This document shows positions 1-14,443 of a stretch of 64,000 bases of DNA, in pieces. A program made the translations under genes and the position numbers. Below the pieces are notes generated by a model that was not told where the DNA came from, did not search any database, and worked only from the letters and a program-made list of their open reading frames with translations. The stretch lies in assembly GCA_951406725.2 (NCBI GenBank), contig OX597817.1, forward strand, positions 248,001 through 312,000, written 5' to 3'. The stretch comes from Octopus vulgaris (taxonomy: Eukaryota). How positions within the stretch are numbered: position 1 is the first letter of the stretch; every line of letters begins with the position of its first letter.

Positions 1-615
1 TAGGCTTGCATTTAAAGTTTGTTAGAAAGTCAATCTCTTTGGCAGTTAGTTCCTTTTCATGGGTTTTAATTAGTGAAGATAGATTTTTCATTATTTTTTG
101 TGGGGTGTAGTTGGTGATTTTTTCATAATGTTGATTGTCATCAAGCACAGAAATTACAAGATTTCTATAGTATGATGTATCCATTATTACAACCGCACTT
201 CCTTTGTCTGCTTCCTTAATGGTTATATCTTCATCATTTTGAAGTTCTATCAGTTCCTTCCATTGTGCAGTGTTAAAATTTGAGTTAACTGTCTGTTTAT
301 GTATAGTATGGTAGGGAAAGTTCTCAATGTGGCTGCAGAACTCGTCAAGATCTTTATTTCTTCCTCTGTGGGGGATGTTCACTTTTGTTCTTGACTAGTG
401 ATTCATCTTCAGTATTGAAACTGGTTGATGCTTCTGCTAGTCTTAATTTTCTGCAGAATTCTGTTATATTATCCTTGATTTCATTTAGGTTGGCTCTGCG
501 TGGAGTTGGCGTAAATTTGAGCCCTTTTGAGAGGATGTCAATTTTTATATTAGAGAGAGGTTTGGTTGAAAGGTTGATTATCTTCGGTTTTTCCTTATTA
601 CTAGGTTCCAGATAA
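1..615 (-). mobile_element. Penelope-like element, N-terminal/pre-RT fragment (runs off the window start)
   Basis: Minus-strand translation gives NLSTKPLS..ILSKGLKFTPTP and ..ITIKEADKGSAVVIMD.., the DKG motif typical of the PLE RT N-terminus. Confidence 0.8.
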
Positions 616-1289
616 TCTTAGAGAAACACATCGTACAACGCTGGACAAAATCTGAGGACCAGTGAAAAATCTGCCAAAATGAAGTGTTTGTGTGAGTGTA
701 CGTATGCATATATATATGCACACACCTGCTAGAGTGTGTGTGTGTGTATGTTTCCATTTGCTTTTACTAAAAATTGCTCAGCTATGAACGATTAGATTAT
801 CATTTTCCCTGTTAATAGACAAACCATTGGAATAAGTGATCCCTTGAACAACAGGTAAGGGTTAATAACATGAAGGGGATCCATATCCAAAGAGAATGGA
901 TCAATAATATACTCATACAACCCATGCTAGTATGGAGAAAAGGTGTAAAATGATTGCTTTATATGCATATACGTACATATATAAGTCTATGTATGTGTAT
1001 ACTCGTGTGCATGTGTGAGTAGCTGTATGGCATAGTGATTCGGGTGTTACCCTCACATTAGCTAGATCGTGGGTTTGTTGATTCTTGCAATGCCCTTCCT
1101 TTCCCAAGACTTCCGAATGTTCGCCTGCTTTCCTAACCAGTGGAGTGGCATCATTCAAAACGTAAAACGATGCAAAGCACATTGTGACCAGTAATGTGTA
1201 ACATCTGGCAGTAGAGTCGATCATGTGATTACATGATTATATGTATATATATATATATATACCTTCAGCACTTCCTTCAGTGAGATGAA

Positions 1290-1580
1290 TGCTCTCCGTC
1301 CTGCTCTTAACCTTCGCAACATATCATTCTCCATCTTTCGCCTCAAGTAACTCATTGACCGAGATAGACATAGCTGTCCACCTCTTCTATTTCGTCATCT
1401 CCGACTGCTAGCTGACCGATTGATACGCCTTCAGACCATATGATCTTGGTTTTCATACGGTTGATCTTCAAGCCGAGTGCCGAACCTCTGGAATCCAGTT
1501 CGTCCAGCAATGGTCTACAGGGGATCGGTGCTCCCCGCTGTCAGCGTTATGTTGTCAGCGAAAGTTAGAACTTAGACAAG
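1290..1580 (-). mobile_element. Degenerate RTE-like LINE RT fragment
   Basis: Broken frames give LTFADNITL / LDELDSRGSALGLKINRMKTKII / EIEEVDSYVYLGQ. Confidence 0.65.
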
Positions 1581-2399
1581 GCAATTGGCACCAATCTCTT
1601 CAACAGTACAGTCTTTCCTGCAATGCTATACACATTTTAGACTTGAGCCTTGAAGAAGAGGGAACATCTTTTTACAGTGCAGATATCCATTGTAACGCTG
1701 ATGTTGGGAATCTGGCTAAGAGATCACACCTGGAATGAGGAAATCTGGAATAGAACTGCAGTGAAGGACATCATCGCGTCAGATGATGCGAAGATGATTT
1801 AGTAAATATGTTTAGAACAGAAGAAATAGGAGAGCAGGGGAGGAAGGGAGCAAATTTTATGGGTAGCGGAGCCAAATCGGTACCAGACAGCCTGGCCGAT
1901 ATATATATATATATATACACTCACGAGTAACATCACCACCACACCACTATCAGAACACCCCTGCACACTGTTCAGCTCACTGCCCAAACCACACACCATC
2001 ATGCACACAACGACTCCCACACACATGCACTAACAGACCATGTGCACACACCATTCAAACAAACATACATTAACTGCTACACACAAACGTTTGAATACAT
2101 ACACACAAACACATGCAATATGCAGCTCCACACACACGCCCATACGCGCGCACACACACACAAATACACGTAACACCATTCTACACAATGCCCACATTAG
2201 GATACTTCTACATATATGCACACATGCGCTCCCTTACGTACATGCAGACCCACATAATTTTAAGCTCCCCCAAACATACATTCACACGCACTCGTCCCCA
2301 TTTACACATGCACATCCACACACCCTTCTTAAATGCACACTCGCCCTTACGCAACCTAGTTCAGCAGGGGCAGCGTTATTTGCCCCCTTTATCTCAGAC

Positions 2400-2615
2400 T
2401 CTTTCTTCCAGAAATTTCATCATGTTCAACCGTTAATTCCTACACATTTCTCTCTCCTTTATTTTCGTTCCCTCTCCATTTTCCCCCTCAATCCTTTCTG
2501 TCGAAAAACGTAGGTTCTAAACATCAGACTTCCTCATATTTTTCCCGAGCGTCAAACTAATACACCTTCTTGTTGTACCCTCACCTGTCTTCGTCTGTAA
2601 ATTTCTGTAAATTTG
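2400..2615 (+). mobile_element. Degenerate PLE pseudo-LTR-like 3' end
   Basis: Follows a (CA)-rich tract. Resembles 42700-42960 (ctgtcgaa..cgtagg..aaac..gagcgtc..taatac). Hammerhead core is decayed. Confidence 0.4.
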
Positions 2616-3021
2616 TGTGTGTGTGTGTCTATGTGAGTGTGTGTACTTAAGATTGGAATTTAAAACTATTTCTTGTGAAGAGTATCGACTTGTAACATTT
2701 AATTAAGATCTTAATATTAAGCATTACGAAAGATTTTTTATGAATACATTTGTGTACACCACCGCTCGTATATATTATACACACACATACATACATGCGC
2801 ATAGCAGACTTAATAACATAGGCTAAGAGAAGAATAAAAGAGGGAGGAAATGGAGGAAGCGGAGGCATTGAAATAAACAATGGGTCTACAATTTGAAGTT
2901 CGGAAGTGTGGAAGTTGTAAAAATAATTTATGGACAGCTCAGAAAGAAAGCTAAAACAGCAAAAGGAGTGGGGGGGAGTTACAGTTACAGACGCTAAATA
3001 CATGAAACTTGACTTTATCAC

Positions 3022-3063
<42 letters not shown>

Positions 3064-3106
3064 TCAGTTTTAATTTATAGACACACATTAATTTACAGGG
3101 TACAAC

Positions 3107-3301
3107 CTAAGACGAGTGGTCCCGGTGCACGCAATCGCGTAATAGCGCATCCGAGCTAGCTAGTCGTGACTAGTCGATCCTTACTTTGTGTTTTTGTGTT
3201 TCATTTACTTTGCTAGGTAGTCGTTGTAGGATCGACTAGTCAAGACTATCTAGTGCGGTTGCGCAAGTAAACGAGTGCGCGCACCAGGACCACTCTTCTT
3301 A
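3107..3301. mobile_element. Palindromic MITE
   Basis: Termini TAAGACGAGTGGTCCCGGTGCACGCA / TGCGCGCACCAGGACCACTCTTCTTA are near-perfect inverted repeats. Inner arms (GACTAGTCGATCCT/AGGATCGACTAGTC) also pair. TA at both ends. Confidence 0.75.
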
Positions 3302-3732
3302 AATAAATGGTACCCAGTTTCCACAGCGGAGACATTCACCCTTGTTAAAACATCTACACAAAACCCCACCATTTCAGGCTGACTTAACAGAGACCCTACT
3401 CTGTGTTACCTCCATCTCTGTCCCCCACAAAGCGGCCACGCCCTTGTAAGTTTCATAACGAAAAACAAAAACATTAATTTCCTGATCTCATAATTGGATC
3501 ACGCACATTTATGATAATTAATATCGTATCATTAATTTATAGACACACAGACAGAGTTTAAGATGAAAGGATGTTCATTCAAGCGTTAAATGGCCTCAAA
3601 TGAAATTAAAATGCCTTACCTCAGTTTAGTTTTAAAGAGTAGCAACGTATCTGGGGTCCCAATTAATTTCAAATTTTATGTTGCCGGATTTAAATTCGAT
3701 TGCAAGTAAGCGGAGATAACTCTCGAAATATA

Positions 3733-3892
3733 GGCGGGGTGGGCGGTGTGGTAAGTAGCTTGCGTACCAAGCACATGGTTCCGGGTTCAGTCCCACTGCG
3801 TGGCACCTTGGGCGAGTGACTTCTACAATAGCCTCCGCCGATCAAAGCCTTGTGAGTGGATCTCGTAGACGGAAACTGAAGGAAGCCCCGTC
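3733..3892 (+). mobile_element. tRNA-derived SINE family A, 5' head
   Basis: A-box-like TGGGCGGTGTGG and B-box GGTTCAGTCCC followed by CACCTTGGGC. Many copies in the window. Confidence 0.8.
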
Positions 3893-3909
3893 GAAAATAG
3901 GTACATGTT

Positions 3910-4020
3910 TGGCCCGAGGCTATAGTAGAAAACACTTGCCCAAGCTGCAACACAGTGGGACTGATCTCGAAACCAGGTGGTTGGTAAGCAAGCTACTTAC
4001 CACTCAGCCACTCCTACGCC
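3910..4020 (-). mobile_element. SINE family A head, inverted copy
   Basis: Reverse complement of the adjacent head. Confidence 0.75.
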
Positions 4021-4097
4021 TACAGTCTCAAAGACTGAAAATTATATTAGAATTCTCTATCTTATACTTTCCTTACACGCCCCCATACATATATATA

Positions 4098-4132
<35 letters not shown>

Positions 4133-5820
4133 TTGTATGTATGTATGTATGTATGCATGTATGATTGTATGTATGTATGTTTGTATGTATGTATGTTTGT
4201 ATGTATATATGTTTGTATGTATATATGTTCGTGTTCATGTATGTATGTATGTATGTATGTATATGAAGTATATAAACATTTATATAATGAGCAAGCTATA
4301 AAAATATACTATATATAAAAATTAGTGAGAAAACGGCAGATATACAGTATATATATAATTTCACATTTATTGGATGGCTGTTGATTCTCAAGAGTTCCTC
4401 CGCCCTTTAACGGGTTTTGTCTTTCATCCCGCAGGGTGTCCAATAAACACCCTCCTCACCAAGCAAGCTTGGTGTATGTATGTATGTATGTATGTATAGA
4501 AAATCCATCATTGAAGCATGCTGTAAATGTGTTAGTACCTGATAAACCTGCTACATTTCCGAATATAGCAGTTCCACAAATAGATACACGAGAGAAATAC
4601 TGGGGTTCATATGATCGATCGAACATACCAAGTTAATGCTCCTGGATGGCCACGCTTCAATGATTAAAACATCTAGCTCACATATTATATAGCTTGAAAT
4701 CTCTCGACTGCCACCACCATTTAGTCTGTTAATTTATATCCATCTACAAACGTCACACTCACCCTTCAATTATTATTCATGTCTTTCTTTCTCATCTACA
4801 ATCTACACTTTTACATAATTATTTCCATTTCTCTTTCAATTCGCTGAACAAATCCACAGAATTCATCAATAATATTTCGAAATTTAACAAATTACGATAG
4901 ATTATTTTTCTCAAATATAATACTTAAATGTAATCTATAAAACTATAACCTTTTAAAACTTAATTGTGTGTTTAACTTAAGTTAATTCTTATCCAGTAAC
5001 ACTATGGCCAAAGGCGTTCTAACCATGACCTCCCCATATTCTTTATTATCTAATATGTTTACCTCGCGCTGAATTTTAGAGACTCCATTGTTGATTCATA
5101 TTACTGTTTATAATTATTCAAATTTTAAAATTGAAATTGTTGGTAAAACAAAATACCAGTCTGAAGTGGTGGTCCTCTGGAATTAGATATTGGACGCGAT
5201 GCCTTGCAGTATTTAATGTGGTCCTATATTTTTTGAGTTGAAATCCCTGCGCCGTCTGCGTGGATGGTAAAATTCTCGCTCACTAAGCTTTGAAAAAATG
5301 AAGTTATCAAAAATCAATGTTTTAAATTTCACTCGAGCGTTAGAAATCCAGTGCTAACTACCTAAAATATTGTATCATTAGATGAACATTTCCAGACTGT
5401 TAATTTCCATCAAATAGATTTTACAAAGATACAACCAAATTATACTTTATATTATATTCCGGAAATGAGGTGTTTCTTTACTTATAATACAACACCATAA
5501 AATATTTAAAATGTTGTGTATGAAAAAAAAAAAAAATTTCTATGAAACAGTATATTTACGTTTAAAATAGTTGTAATGAATATTTAACGCTGTAAATGTA
5601 TTAGTAAGTTGTGTGTTAAACAAATATATATCAAAAGAAAATTATTTACCAAATTCGAATATTAGGTTTTGATTCGGGTTGAAGTCTTTCTATCTGAGAA
5701 AAATTCTGCGTCCGCTTTGTTCAAACGACGATGAAAATGTGACACTACCAACAGTTAAAAGGAAACTTCTAATGAATCAGGAAGTAGTAGGCACGACCTC
5801 CTCATGTATATGTGTGTCTG

Positions 5821-5935
<115 letters not shown>

Positions 5936-5954
5936 CATATATATACATATATAT

Positions 5955-6545
5955 AACAATCAGCTTTCCTGTTAATAATCTCTCATTTTCTTTAATATAT
6001 TTTAATATTTATCCTCACTTTATTTTCTTCCAGCTTCCCTCTCTCTCCGTTTGTGCATATGTGTGTTTGTGTGTGCACGTTGATATGTATATGTATATAT
6101 GCATAGACGCAAACTCTAATAACAACCAGCTTTCCTGTTAATAATCTCTCATTTTCTTAATCTTTCATTTTTATCTCTCTTTCTCCCTCTGTCTCTTTAC
6201 TTCTCTCTATCACACCATCTCTCCTCTTTCAGCCATTCAATCTTCCCTTGTCTCTTCTCTTCCCTTGTCTCTTCACTTCTCCACTTCTCTCTGTCACAAT
6301 CTTTCCTCTCTCACCTTCTCATCTCTCTTCTTTCAGCCATTCAATCTTCCCTTGTCTCTTCACTTCTCCACCTCGCTCTGTCACAATCCTTCCTCTCTCA
6401 CCTTCTCAATCTCTCTAAATATATAGCCGCATAAATATATATCTTCTTATCTTCCCTCAGCTCTCAATCTTTCCTCTCTCACCTTCTCAATTTCTCTAAA
6501 TATATAGTCGCATAAATATATATCTTCTTGTCTTCTCTCGAACAT
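5955..6545 (+). repeat. CT-rich ~85 bp tandem monomers upstream of LINE ORF1 (possible LINE 5' UTR)
   Basis: Unit tttcagccattcaatcttcccttgtctcttcacttctccac..tcacaatc repeated. The same unit reappears inside the LINE at 7484-7562. Confidence 0.6.
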
Positions 6546-6547
6546 AA

Positions 6548-7467
6548 TTAGATAGATTATCCAACATATCCAGAGCCTGGAGACCTGACGAACTGGCGTT
6601 ATTCGTACGAGCCTGGAAATGCGCCGACGGAGATAACCCTAACAATGTGATCACGGCTGCGCTGAAGAGCGGCAACCACAAAAGGACGATAGCGCAGATA
6701 GAGCGAAAGAAACAGGAATTCATACGCTCCTATGCGCTTGTACGGTCGCACATTGGCACACTTGATGCCATCTTTGAGAACGAGCAGGGCAAGGATGGCA
6801 AGGATGGAGACGATGAAAGAAGTCACCCCCACCTGGTGGACACCCGTGAAGGGGTTTTGAGTGAGAAACCTGCCCGGGAAGTGAACCCAAGTGCAAGTGC
6901 TCCTACTGGCAGCAAGGGCCATGGAGATGGAGAACCCAGGGAAGAAGTAGGGGAGGAAGAACTAAAAGAAGGACTGAAAGAGCTAAAGGAAAAGCTCAAG
7001 CAGGACCAAAGGGTGAAACAGCCAGGAATAGAAGTGGAACCGCAAAGGATGGAAACAAACAGCGCACACGGGTGTGTAGGTTCTACCTGAGAAGTACCTG
7101 CTGGCATGGAGAGGAAGGTGCAGGCTGCCGCTTTGCACATCGGGGACCCTGCCGCAGAGACACGAAACAGATAAACAAACCATCAACACAAGGAAAAGGG
7201 ATGGACCACGCACCACATGCCCCAAAACGGAGGTACGCAGATGTGGTGCGTACCACAAACCGCCAACATGATGTTGTTGAAAGGGCAGCTGCTGAGCAAG
7301 AATCTTTTTTGTGCATGGCACAAAAGATTGTACAGCAGCTGACCTGGCTTCATCAAACCCAAGCTCGCAGGTGGGACTACCCACAATATACAAGACCACC
7401 ACAGCAAACAGACCCAAGATGGACACCGCCGGGAACAACATACACCTCACCTCGATGCTCCTACTGA
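6548..7467 (+). pseudogene. LINE ORF1 (frameshifted) with coiled-coil-like stretch and CCCH zinc finger
   Basis: Track ORFs 6647-7090 (EELKEGLKELKEKLK) and 7072-7467 (CRFYLRSTCWHGEEGAGCRFAH). Overlaps the ORF2 start ATG at 7419. Confidence 0.7.
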
Positions 7468-10400
7468 ACATCAGAGGACTGCAAATCTTTCCTCTCTCAC
7501 CTTCTCATCTCTCTTCTTTCAGCCATTCAATTTTCCCTTGTCTCTTCACTTCTCCACCTCGCGTTCTTGATAGACTTTGTTGCATGCAATCAAGCCTTAT
7601 GCATAGCACTTACGGAAACGCACCTGAAACTGGACATAGCAGATGCGGAACTACACATACCACAGTATGTTGTACTACGGACCGACAGAAAAGAAAGGAG
7701 TCATGGAGGAGTTGCTATGTACATCCGTGAGGACCTCACACCCCAGGTCCTTTTGTCATACTCAAACTCGGTGTGTGACACACTAATTGTACATATAAGG
7801 CAACTTGATGTAGTTATGTGTGCTACATATCGCCCTCCAGATGCCCAAAGCCATGTAGGCAAGTTTGAAGACTGCCTTATAAAAATAGAAGAAGTTCTAA
7901 TCACATTAGAACAACACATAAGTGTACTTCTTATGGGAGACTTCAATCTACCCAATGTCAGATGGCCCGAGGGCCTTTCTCTCCCGGGAATGACAAGATG
8001 TGAACGAGGACAGGCGAGGTCCCTCCTGAACCTCATCAACACCCTGTACATGGAGCAAGTAATACTCCAACCAACCAGGGCAGGTAACACACTGGATCTC
8101 TGCTTCACAAATAATATGGATCTCATCCATAATGTGAAAGTGACACCGACACTACTCTCGGATCACAACATGGTAGAGCTGACCATGTACGGGCCAAAAG
8201 AGAGCACGGACATACAGCCTACAAGAAACCCTCAGAATCTTTCCAGTTTGAACTACCATAAGGCAAACTGGAAACAAATTGAGAAAGAGATCCTCAAACA
8301 AAACTGGCCTAAATGTCTCTCCTCGCCAGACATCGACGTGAAACTCCAACAATTCATGTCTGTAATGCAAGCCATATGCTACAAATGTGTCCCAGAGAGA
8401 AAAGCCACTGTACACAAGAACAAAATCCCCAGAGAGAGGAAAATTTTAATGAGACGGCGTACAAAAATTTCAAATCGCCTAAACAAACAGATTGAAAGCA
8501 GTGAAAAGTCCCGCCTGAGAATAAAACTGTTGGAAGTTGAAAACTGTCTGCAACTCTCCCATGAAAAGGAAAGAGCAGACAAAGAAGCCTGGGCTATAGG
8601 CAACATAAAAATCTAACCCCAGAGCTTTCTACAGGTATGCCAAAGAAACAGCTACGGCGCACTGTAGGATAGGGCCACTCCTTGAAAAGGATGGCACACT
8701 TGCAGGAAAACCAATGAGGGTAAGTGAAATACTGAATGAGCAATTCAAGAGTGTTTTCACTCCACCCCTTGGGCATCTCCAAATCACCAATCCAACGGAC
8801 TTCTTTACCACAGCAGATATAAAATCAGAGGCGGCGACGATAAATTACATCGATATAAAGGAAGGCGATGTAATAAAGGCTATAGATGAAATGAAAACAG
8901 ACTCAGCTACTGGCCCCGATGGATTCCCGGCAATCCTCCTAAAAGTAAGTAAGAGAGTCCTAGCAAGACCACTGCAGTTCCTCTTTCAGAGCTTCCTTGC
9001 AGCTGGCAAACTTCCAAGAAAACTGAAGGAAAGTAAAATATGCCCCATTCACAAAGGAGGTAGCAGAGCGGAGGCCAAGAACTACAGACCTATCTCTCTG
9101 ACCTCACACATCAGCAAGGTCATGGAACGAATAGTCAGAAGGAAACTGATCACCTTCCTTGAAGAAAATGACTTGCTGCCCGACACCCAACATGGTTTCC
9201 GACCAGGGAGAAGCTGTTTAACTCAGCTCCTACAACACTATGACTGGGTGCTGAAACGGCTGCTCAACCAATCAAATGTGGAAGTGATATATCTCGACTT
9301 TGCAAAGGCCTTTGATAAAGTCGATCATGGAATGATATGTCACAAACTGCGTGATCTCAACATAGTTGGAAAACTGGGAGAATGGCTTCATGACTTTCTG
9401 AAAGATAGAAGTCAGGTGGTAGTAGCCAATGGGGCCACTTCCATTAACACGCAAATAGTGAGCGGTGTTCCGCAGGGCACTGTTTTGGGACCACTACTGT
9501 TCATAATGGCCCTCTCAGACATGCCCTCAGCCACGCAGAGAGCCACGATCACAAGTTATGCAGATGATACAAAAGTTTCACGGGCAATACAGAAACCTGA
9601 GGACACTAAACGCCTGCAATGTGAGCTGGACAAAATATACAAGTGGGCTGAAAAGAATAGCATGCAGTTCAATGCTGAAAAGTTTCAAGCTTTATACTAT
9701 CAGCATGCAAAACTAAATGCAATACCCAATGAATACACTGGACCCGGAGGAATAGCAATCCCAGAGGCACAATCAGTGCGTGACCTGGGTATTTACATGA
9801 GTGATGACGCAACCTTTCGTGTACATGTTGCTAATTTGGCAATGAAATGTAGACGACTGGCCGGATGGATTCTCAGAACCTTCAGAACAAGAGAACAAGA
9901 AACCATGATGGTCCTCTGGAAGACACTTGTCCTAAGCCACTTTGACTATTGCTCTCAGTTATGGTCACCATCCAGCGTCAAGTTGATCACAGAACTCGAG
10001 GCGATCCAACGTAGCTACACGAAGAAGACAGCCTCTATGCAGAATGTAAGCTACTGGGAAAGACTCAAGAGATTAAAACTATATTCCTTGGAGCGTAGGC
10101 GGGAAAGATATGCCATAATATACATCTGGAAGATCCTGGAGGGACGTGCCCCGAACTTTGGCATCGAGAGTTACACAAATGCCAGAACTGGGCGCCACGG
10201 CGTGGTGCCTAGGACTCCAAATTTGGCATCAAGATGTAGGACAAGATACTGTGATAGCCTGGGCTTCCGAGGCCCACAGCTCTTCAATATCCTCCCGAAG
10301 AACCTAAGAGACCTGCATGGGGTGGATGCAGATGTCTTTAAAATGAAACTGGATCTCCTCCTGTCAGGTGTCCCAGATGAACCAACTTCACGGCAGGAGG

Positions 10401-10468
10401 TGCAGATGAGGGCAGCTGCATCGAACTCCGTCATGCACCAAATGGCAGTCGCTAAAAAGCTTTCGTGA
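7419..10468 (+). pseudogene. LINE ORF2 (EN+RT), disrupted by an ~80 bp insertion and a +1 frameshift
   Basis: MDTAGNNIHLTSMLLLNIRGL, then ORFs 7567-8616 and 8714-10468. Extra A at ~8610. Confidence 0.9.
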
Positions 10469-10549
10469 AGTAAAACCATGTAGCAACACCAAATGGCGGT
10501 GCCCCAGCGTGGCCACAGCTCATGAGCTGAAACTAAAATCAATCAATCA

Positions 10550-10985
<436 letters not shown>

Positions 10986-11924
10986 ATAAACCTTTACATA
11001 AATAAATAACGTGAAATACACGAAGGGACGGACATAAAAGACAAACGGGTCATTCAAAGCCTTCGTTCTTCAGTCAGAAACTGATTCCTCATCGCAGATT
11101 TCGGCTGTTTAATTCTGAGATCCGCTCTGAATCAGCCAGCCACAGAAGGAAAGAATGCAACGCAACAGAGACGAACATGAAATGAAAAAAACTTTTTGGG
11201 AAACAATAACGGTTAAAAACATGGATGACACAGGCGCCCTACGGCTTTGAGACAAATGGAGACACAAAAACAATATCAGCAAGCGTGGGAAAATAATTAC
11301 CTTTTCGGTGATGAGACACATTTTGAACAAGCGGCCGATGGCAACAGAATGGCTGAGGCAGCAAGTCGCAAGAGGGTATATATATGTATGTATTCTGTTA
11401 GCCCGCCACCTTAATTATGATGATGATGATGATGATGTTGACGATGACGACAATGTCAACGGCAAAAAAGATGTAAGAAGAATCTCGTTGATTAGAGTCA
11501 GATTGATTATATTAAATATGTGTTTGCTGTTGTTTGTAGATGCTAAAATATTTTGTTACAAATAGTCACACGGGTTTATATCTTTCAATGTATTATATTT
11601 TATTATCCCTAAAAGAGGTACATATCTTTGTTATGGAGGCTGAAAATGTTCAGAGTGATTTGTTAAAATTTTTGTATTCTTCTTCAAATTGTTTAGAAAG
11701 CATCTTCCCCAATGTAATTCCTCCCCCCTCTCTCTCTCTCCTTCTCTCTCTTCCCGCTCCTTCCCTCTTTCTCTGACGACCTCACACTCTATAATGATTC
11801 TCTCATATACATACATACACACACGCAAACATATATATCTCTCACATAAATATATGTATAATTCTATGTCACTTTGTCTCTCTCTCTCGCTATTCAATCA
11901 CTCTCTCTCATTTATATATATACT

Positions 11925-12127
11925 CTTTTACTCTTTTACTTGTTTCAGTCATTTGACTGCGTCCATGCTGGAGCACCGCCTTTAGTCGACCAAATCGACC
12001 CCGGGATTTATTCTTTGTCAGCCCAGTACTTATTCATCGGTCTCTTTTGCCGAACCGCTAAGTGACGGGGACGTAAACACACCAGCATCGGTTGTCAAGC
12101 AATGCTAGGGAGACAAACACAGACACA

Positions 12128-12206
<79 letters not shown>

Positions 12207-12350
12207 TCAGTTTCCGTCTACAAAATCCACTCACAAGGCATTGGTCGACTACAGCAGAAGACACTTGCCCAATATGCCACGCAGTGGGACTGAACCCGGG
12301 AACATGTGGTTGGTTAGCAAGCTACTTACCACACAGCCACTCCTGTGCCT
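11925..12350 (-). mobile_element. Full-length SINE family A (tRNA head, internal (TA)(TG)n, LINE-like tail)
   Basis: Head at 12205-12350, body at 11925-12120. Absent from the paralogous (TA)n at ~20470-20540. Confidence 0.85.
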
Positions 12351-12423
12351 ATGATATATACACATATATATATCTATGAATAAATAAATTGAGTTTAACG
12401 CAGATGTAAATCAAATATTTTTA

Positions 12424-12507
12424 CTTTCGACACATGTTTCGAAAATTCCACTGATACTATTCAAAGGAATAAGTGGTATAAACAATGCAATCTTCTCTTC
12501 AGGAAAG
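12424..12507 (-). ncRNA. Type I hammerhead ribozyme with long stem II
   Basis: cuuuc CUGAAGA gaagauu..aauuuuc GAAA c augu GUC gaaag. Stem I cuuuc/gaaag, GUC triplet. Confidence 0.75.
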
Positions 12508-12669
12508 AGAAAAAAACGAAACTCGTAAAAAAGACGTTTTAGCAAAAAATGATGCATTTGTATAGCGATTTACTTGTGAGATTTTTGCTACCCTGGTAAC
12601 TATTTATTTAAGTTTTCCGTGTTAATTGTTAACAAGGTAAAAATACATTCATCTATTTATAATACATAC

Positions 12670-12757
<88 letters not shown>

Positions 12758-13348
12758 ATATATATGCGCATATAGGCACACACACGTACATGTATAAATA
12801 GTTGTGTGTATGTATGTCTTGATAAAATGTGAGAGGAAGCGAAATCCCGAGACAATAAGGGATAGCTGGTATTTATTAAATACAACACAATGTTGGCTAA
12901 TTAAGGCAATTACAGGATTCTCTTTCAGCACAAACATTGTAATTATCTCTTTAATTACTTCGAATTAGCAGTAATTATTTGATTTTATGTTTAGTTTCAA
13001 ACTTCATAAATTTGATTATTATTTATATCTGTAGAAGTTTTCTTAGCCTATTATTTCACATATCTTCTCAACATGAGTTTTCTTTTACCTGTCTTATAAT
13101 GTCTGCTCTGCAATTTGCACAATTCACTGCATATTAAACATACTTTAAGAAAGTTTTGTCGAGCAAGACAAAGAATGGAGATATTTGATATCGTTAAACC
13201 AAACAGAAATAGCAGCTTGACAATCCCGTATATGCATAATGCATATATAGTTTTATGTATTTGTGTATATCTTTCTATATATCGATATTTCAATATTCAT
13301 ATATAAACATGCAAAAATATATATACATGAAAATATATATATTCATAC

Positions 13349-13397
<49 letters not shown>

Positions 13398-13614
13398 TTG
13401 ATAGATAGATACATACATACATACATACATACATACATACATACATACATACATACATACATACATACATACATACATACATACATAGATATGCGTTAGT
13501 GTGTGCTAAAATATTGGTTCGTTTCTTGTTCAGTAAATAACATTGTATTTGTGAATCAAAATTTCTCGACCCATCCTTTGCTTAACAACCACTTGAGTTT
13601 ACAGGCAAACACAT

Positions 13615-13686
<72 letters not shown>

Positions 13687-14319
13687 TGTCTGTTTCATGT
13701 GTGTGTCTGTGTGTTTCTAATACTCAGTGCAGATGGCATCCGCTAGATTGTAGTTCTTGGAATGTTAAAGTTCTCATTTTGCTTTTCCCTCTTAAGTGCT
13801 GACACTCCAAATTTGACCAACTGGTGGATGCTGATAACTATTCCATCGACAAATTCTGGCCATCTGAAGTGTTTTGTTTTTCTAAACAATTGCTTACAAG
13901 GATTTTTATATTTTTCAGTATAAAACTGAATACATCCACCCCACCCCCGCCACTACCATTATAGTTGTCATCACTATCATTAACATCATCGTGTCATTAC
14001 ATGAATTATTAATTAATATTAATATTGCCCGTTCATTCAAAATTTTCCAATATTATGCAAATTTTAGGCTAGTTAATATATATTTCAATTGTTAAAAGGC
14101 AAATTTACAGCAGTTACAGCGTCGTGAGAATTCTCTGTTCACGTAAAAGTATATAAAAACGCCATTTCTGTCCAGTGCCAGGATCACAGACGTTGATGTT
14201 TCTAGCACTTTCGCTGTTGAGATGGCGGCACTGGACACATATGTTGTTTTTATACCTTTTCACCTTGTCGTTCAGCAGTGGAAATATATCAGAAACATAT
14301 TTCAACTAACCTAGATACA

Positions 14320-14385
<66 letters not shown>

Positions 14386-14401
14386 AATATATATGTGTAT
14401 G

Positions 14402-14440
<39 letters not shown>

Positions 14441-14443
<3 letters not shown>

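Noticed and set aside
2490-2530. Hammerhead in a pLTR-like end
   Set aside because: Core decayed (CTGTCGA..TAAAC), so not counted. The same applies to ~59635-59655.
3733-3810. tRNA gene
   Set aside because: A/B boxes continue into a SINE body present in many copies, with no complete cloverleaf.
8600-8720. Programmed frameshift between LINE EN and RT
   Set aside because: The two copies shift in opposite directions in an A-run, which fits mutation or sequencing error.
11308-11565. Poly-Asp ORF
   Set aside because: (GAT)n microsatellite with variable length in the paralogue.
13051-13306. ORFs conserved identically at 21316-21571
   Set aside because: Identity is explained by the recent duplication, and there are no motifs.
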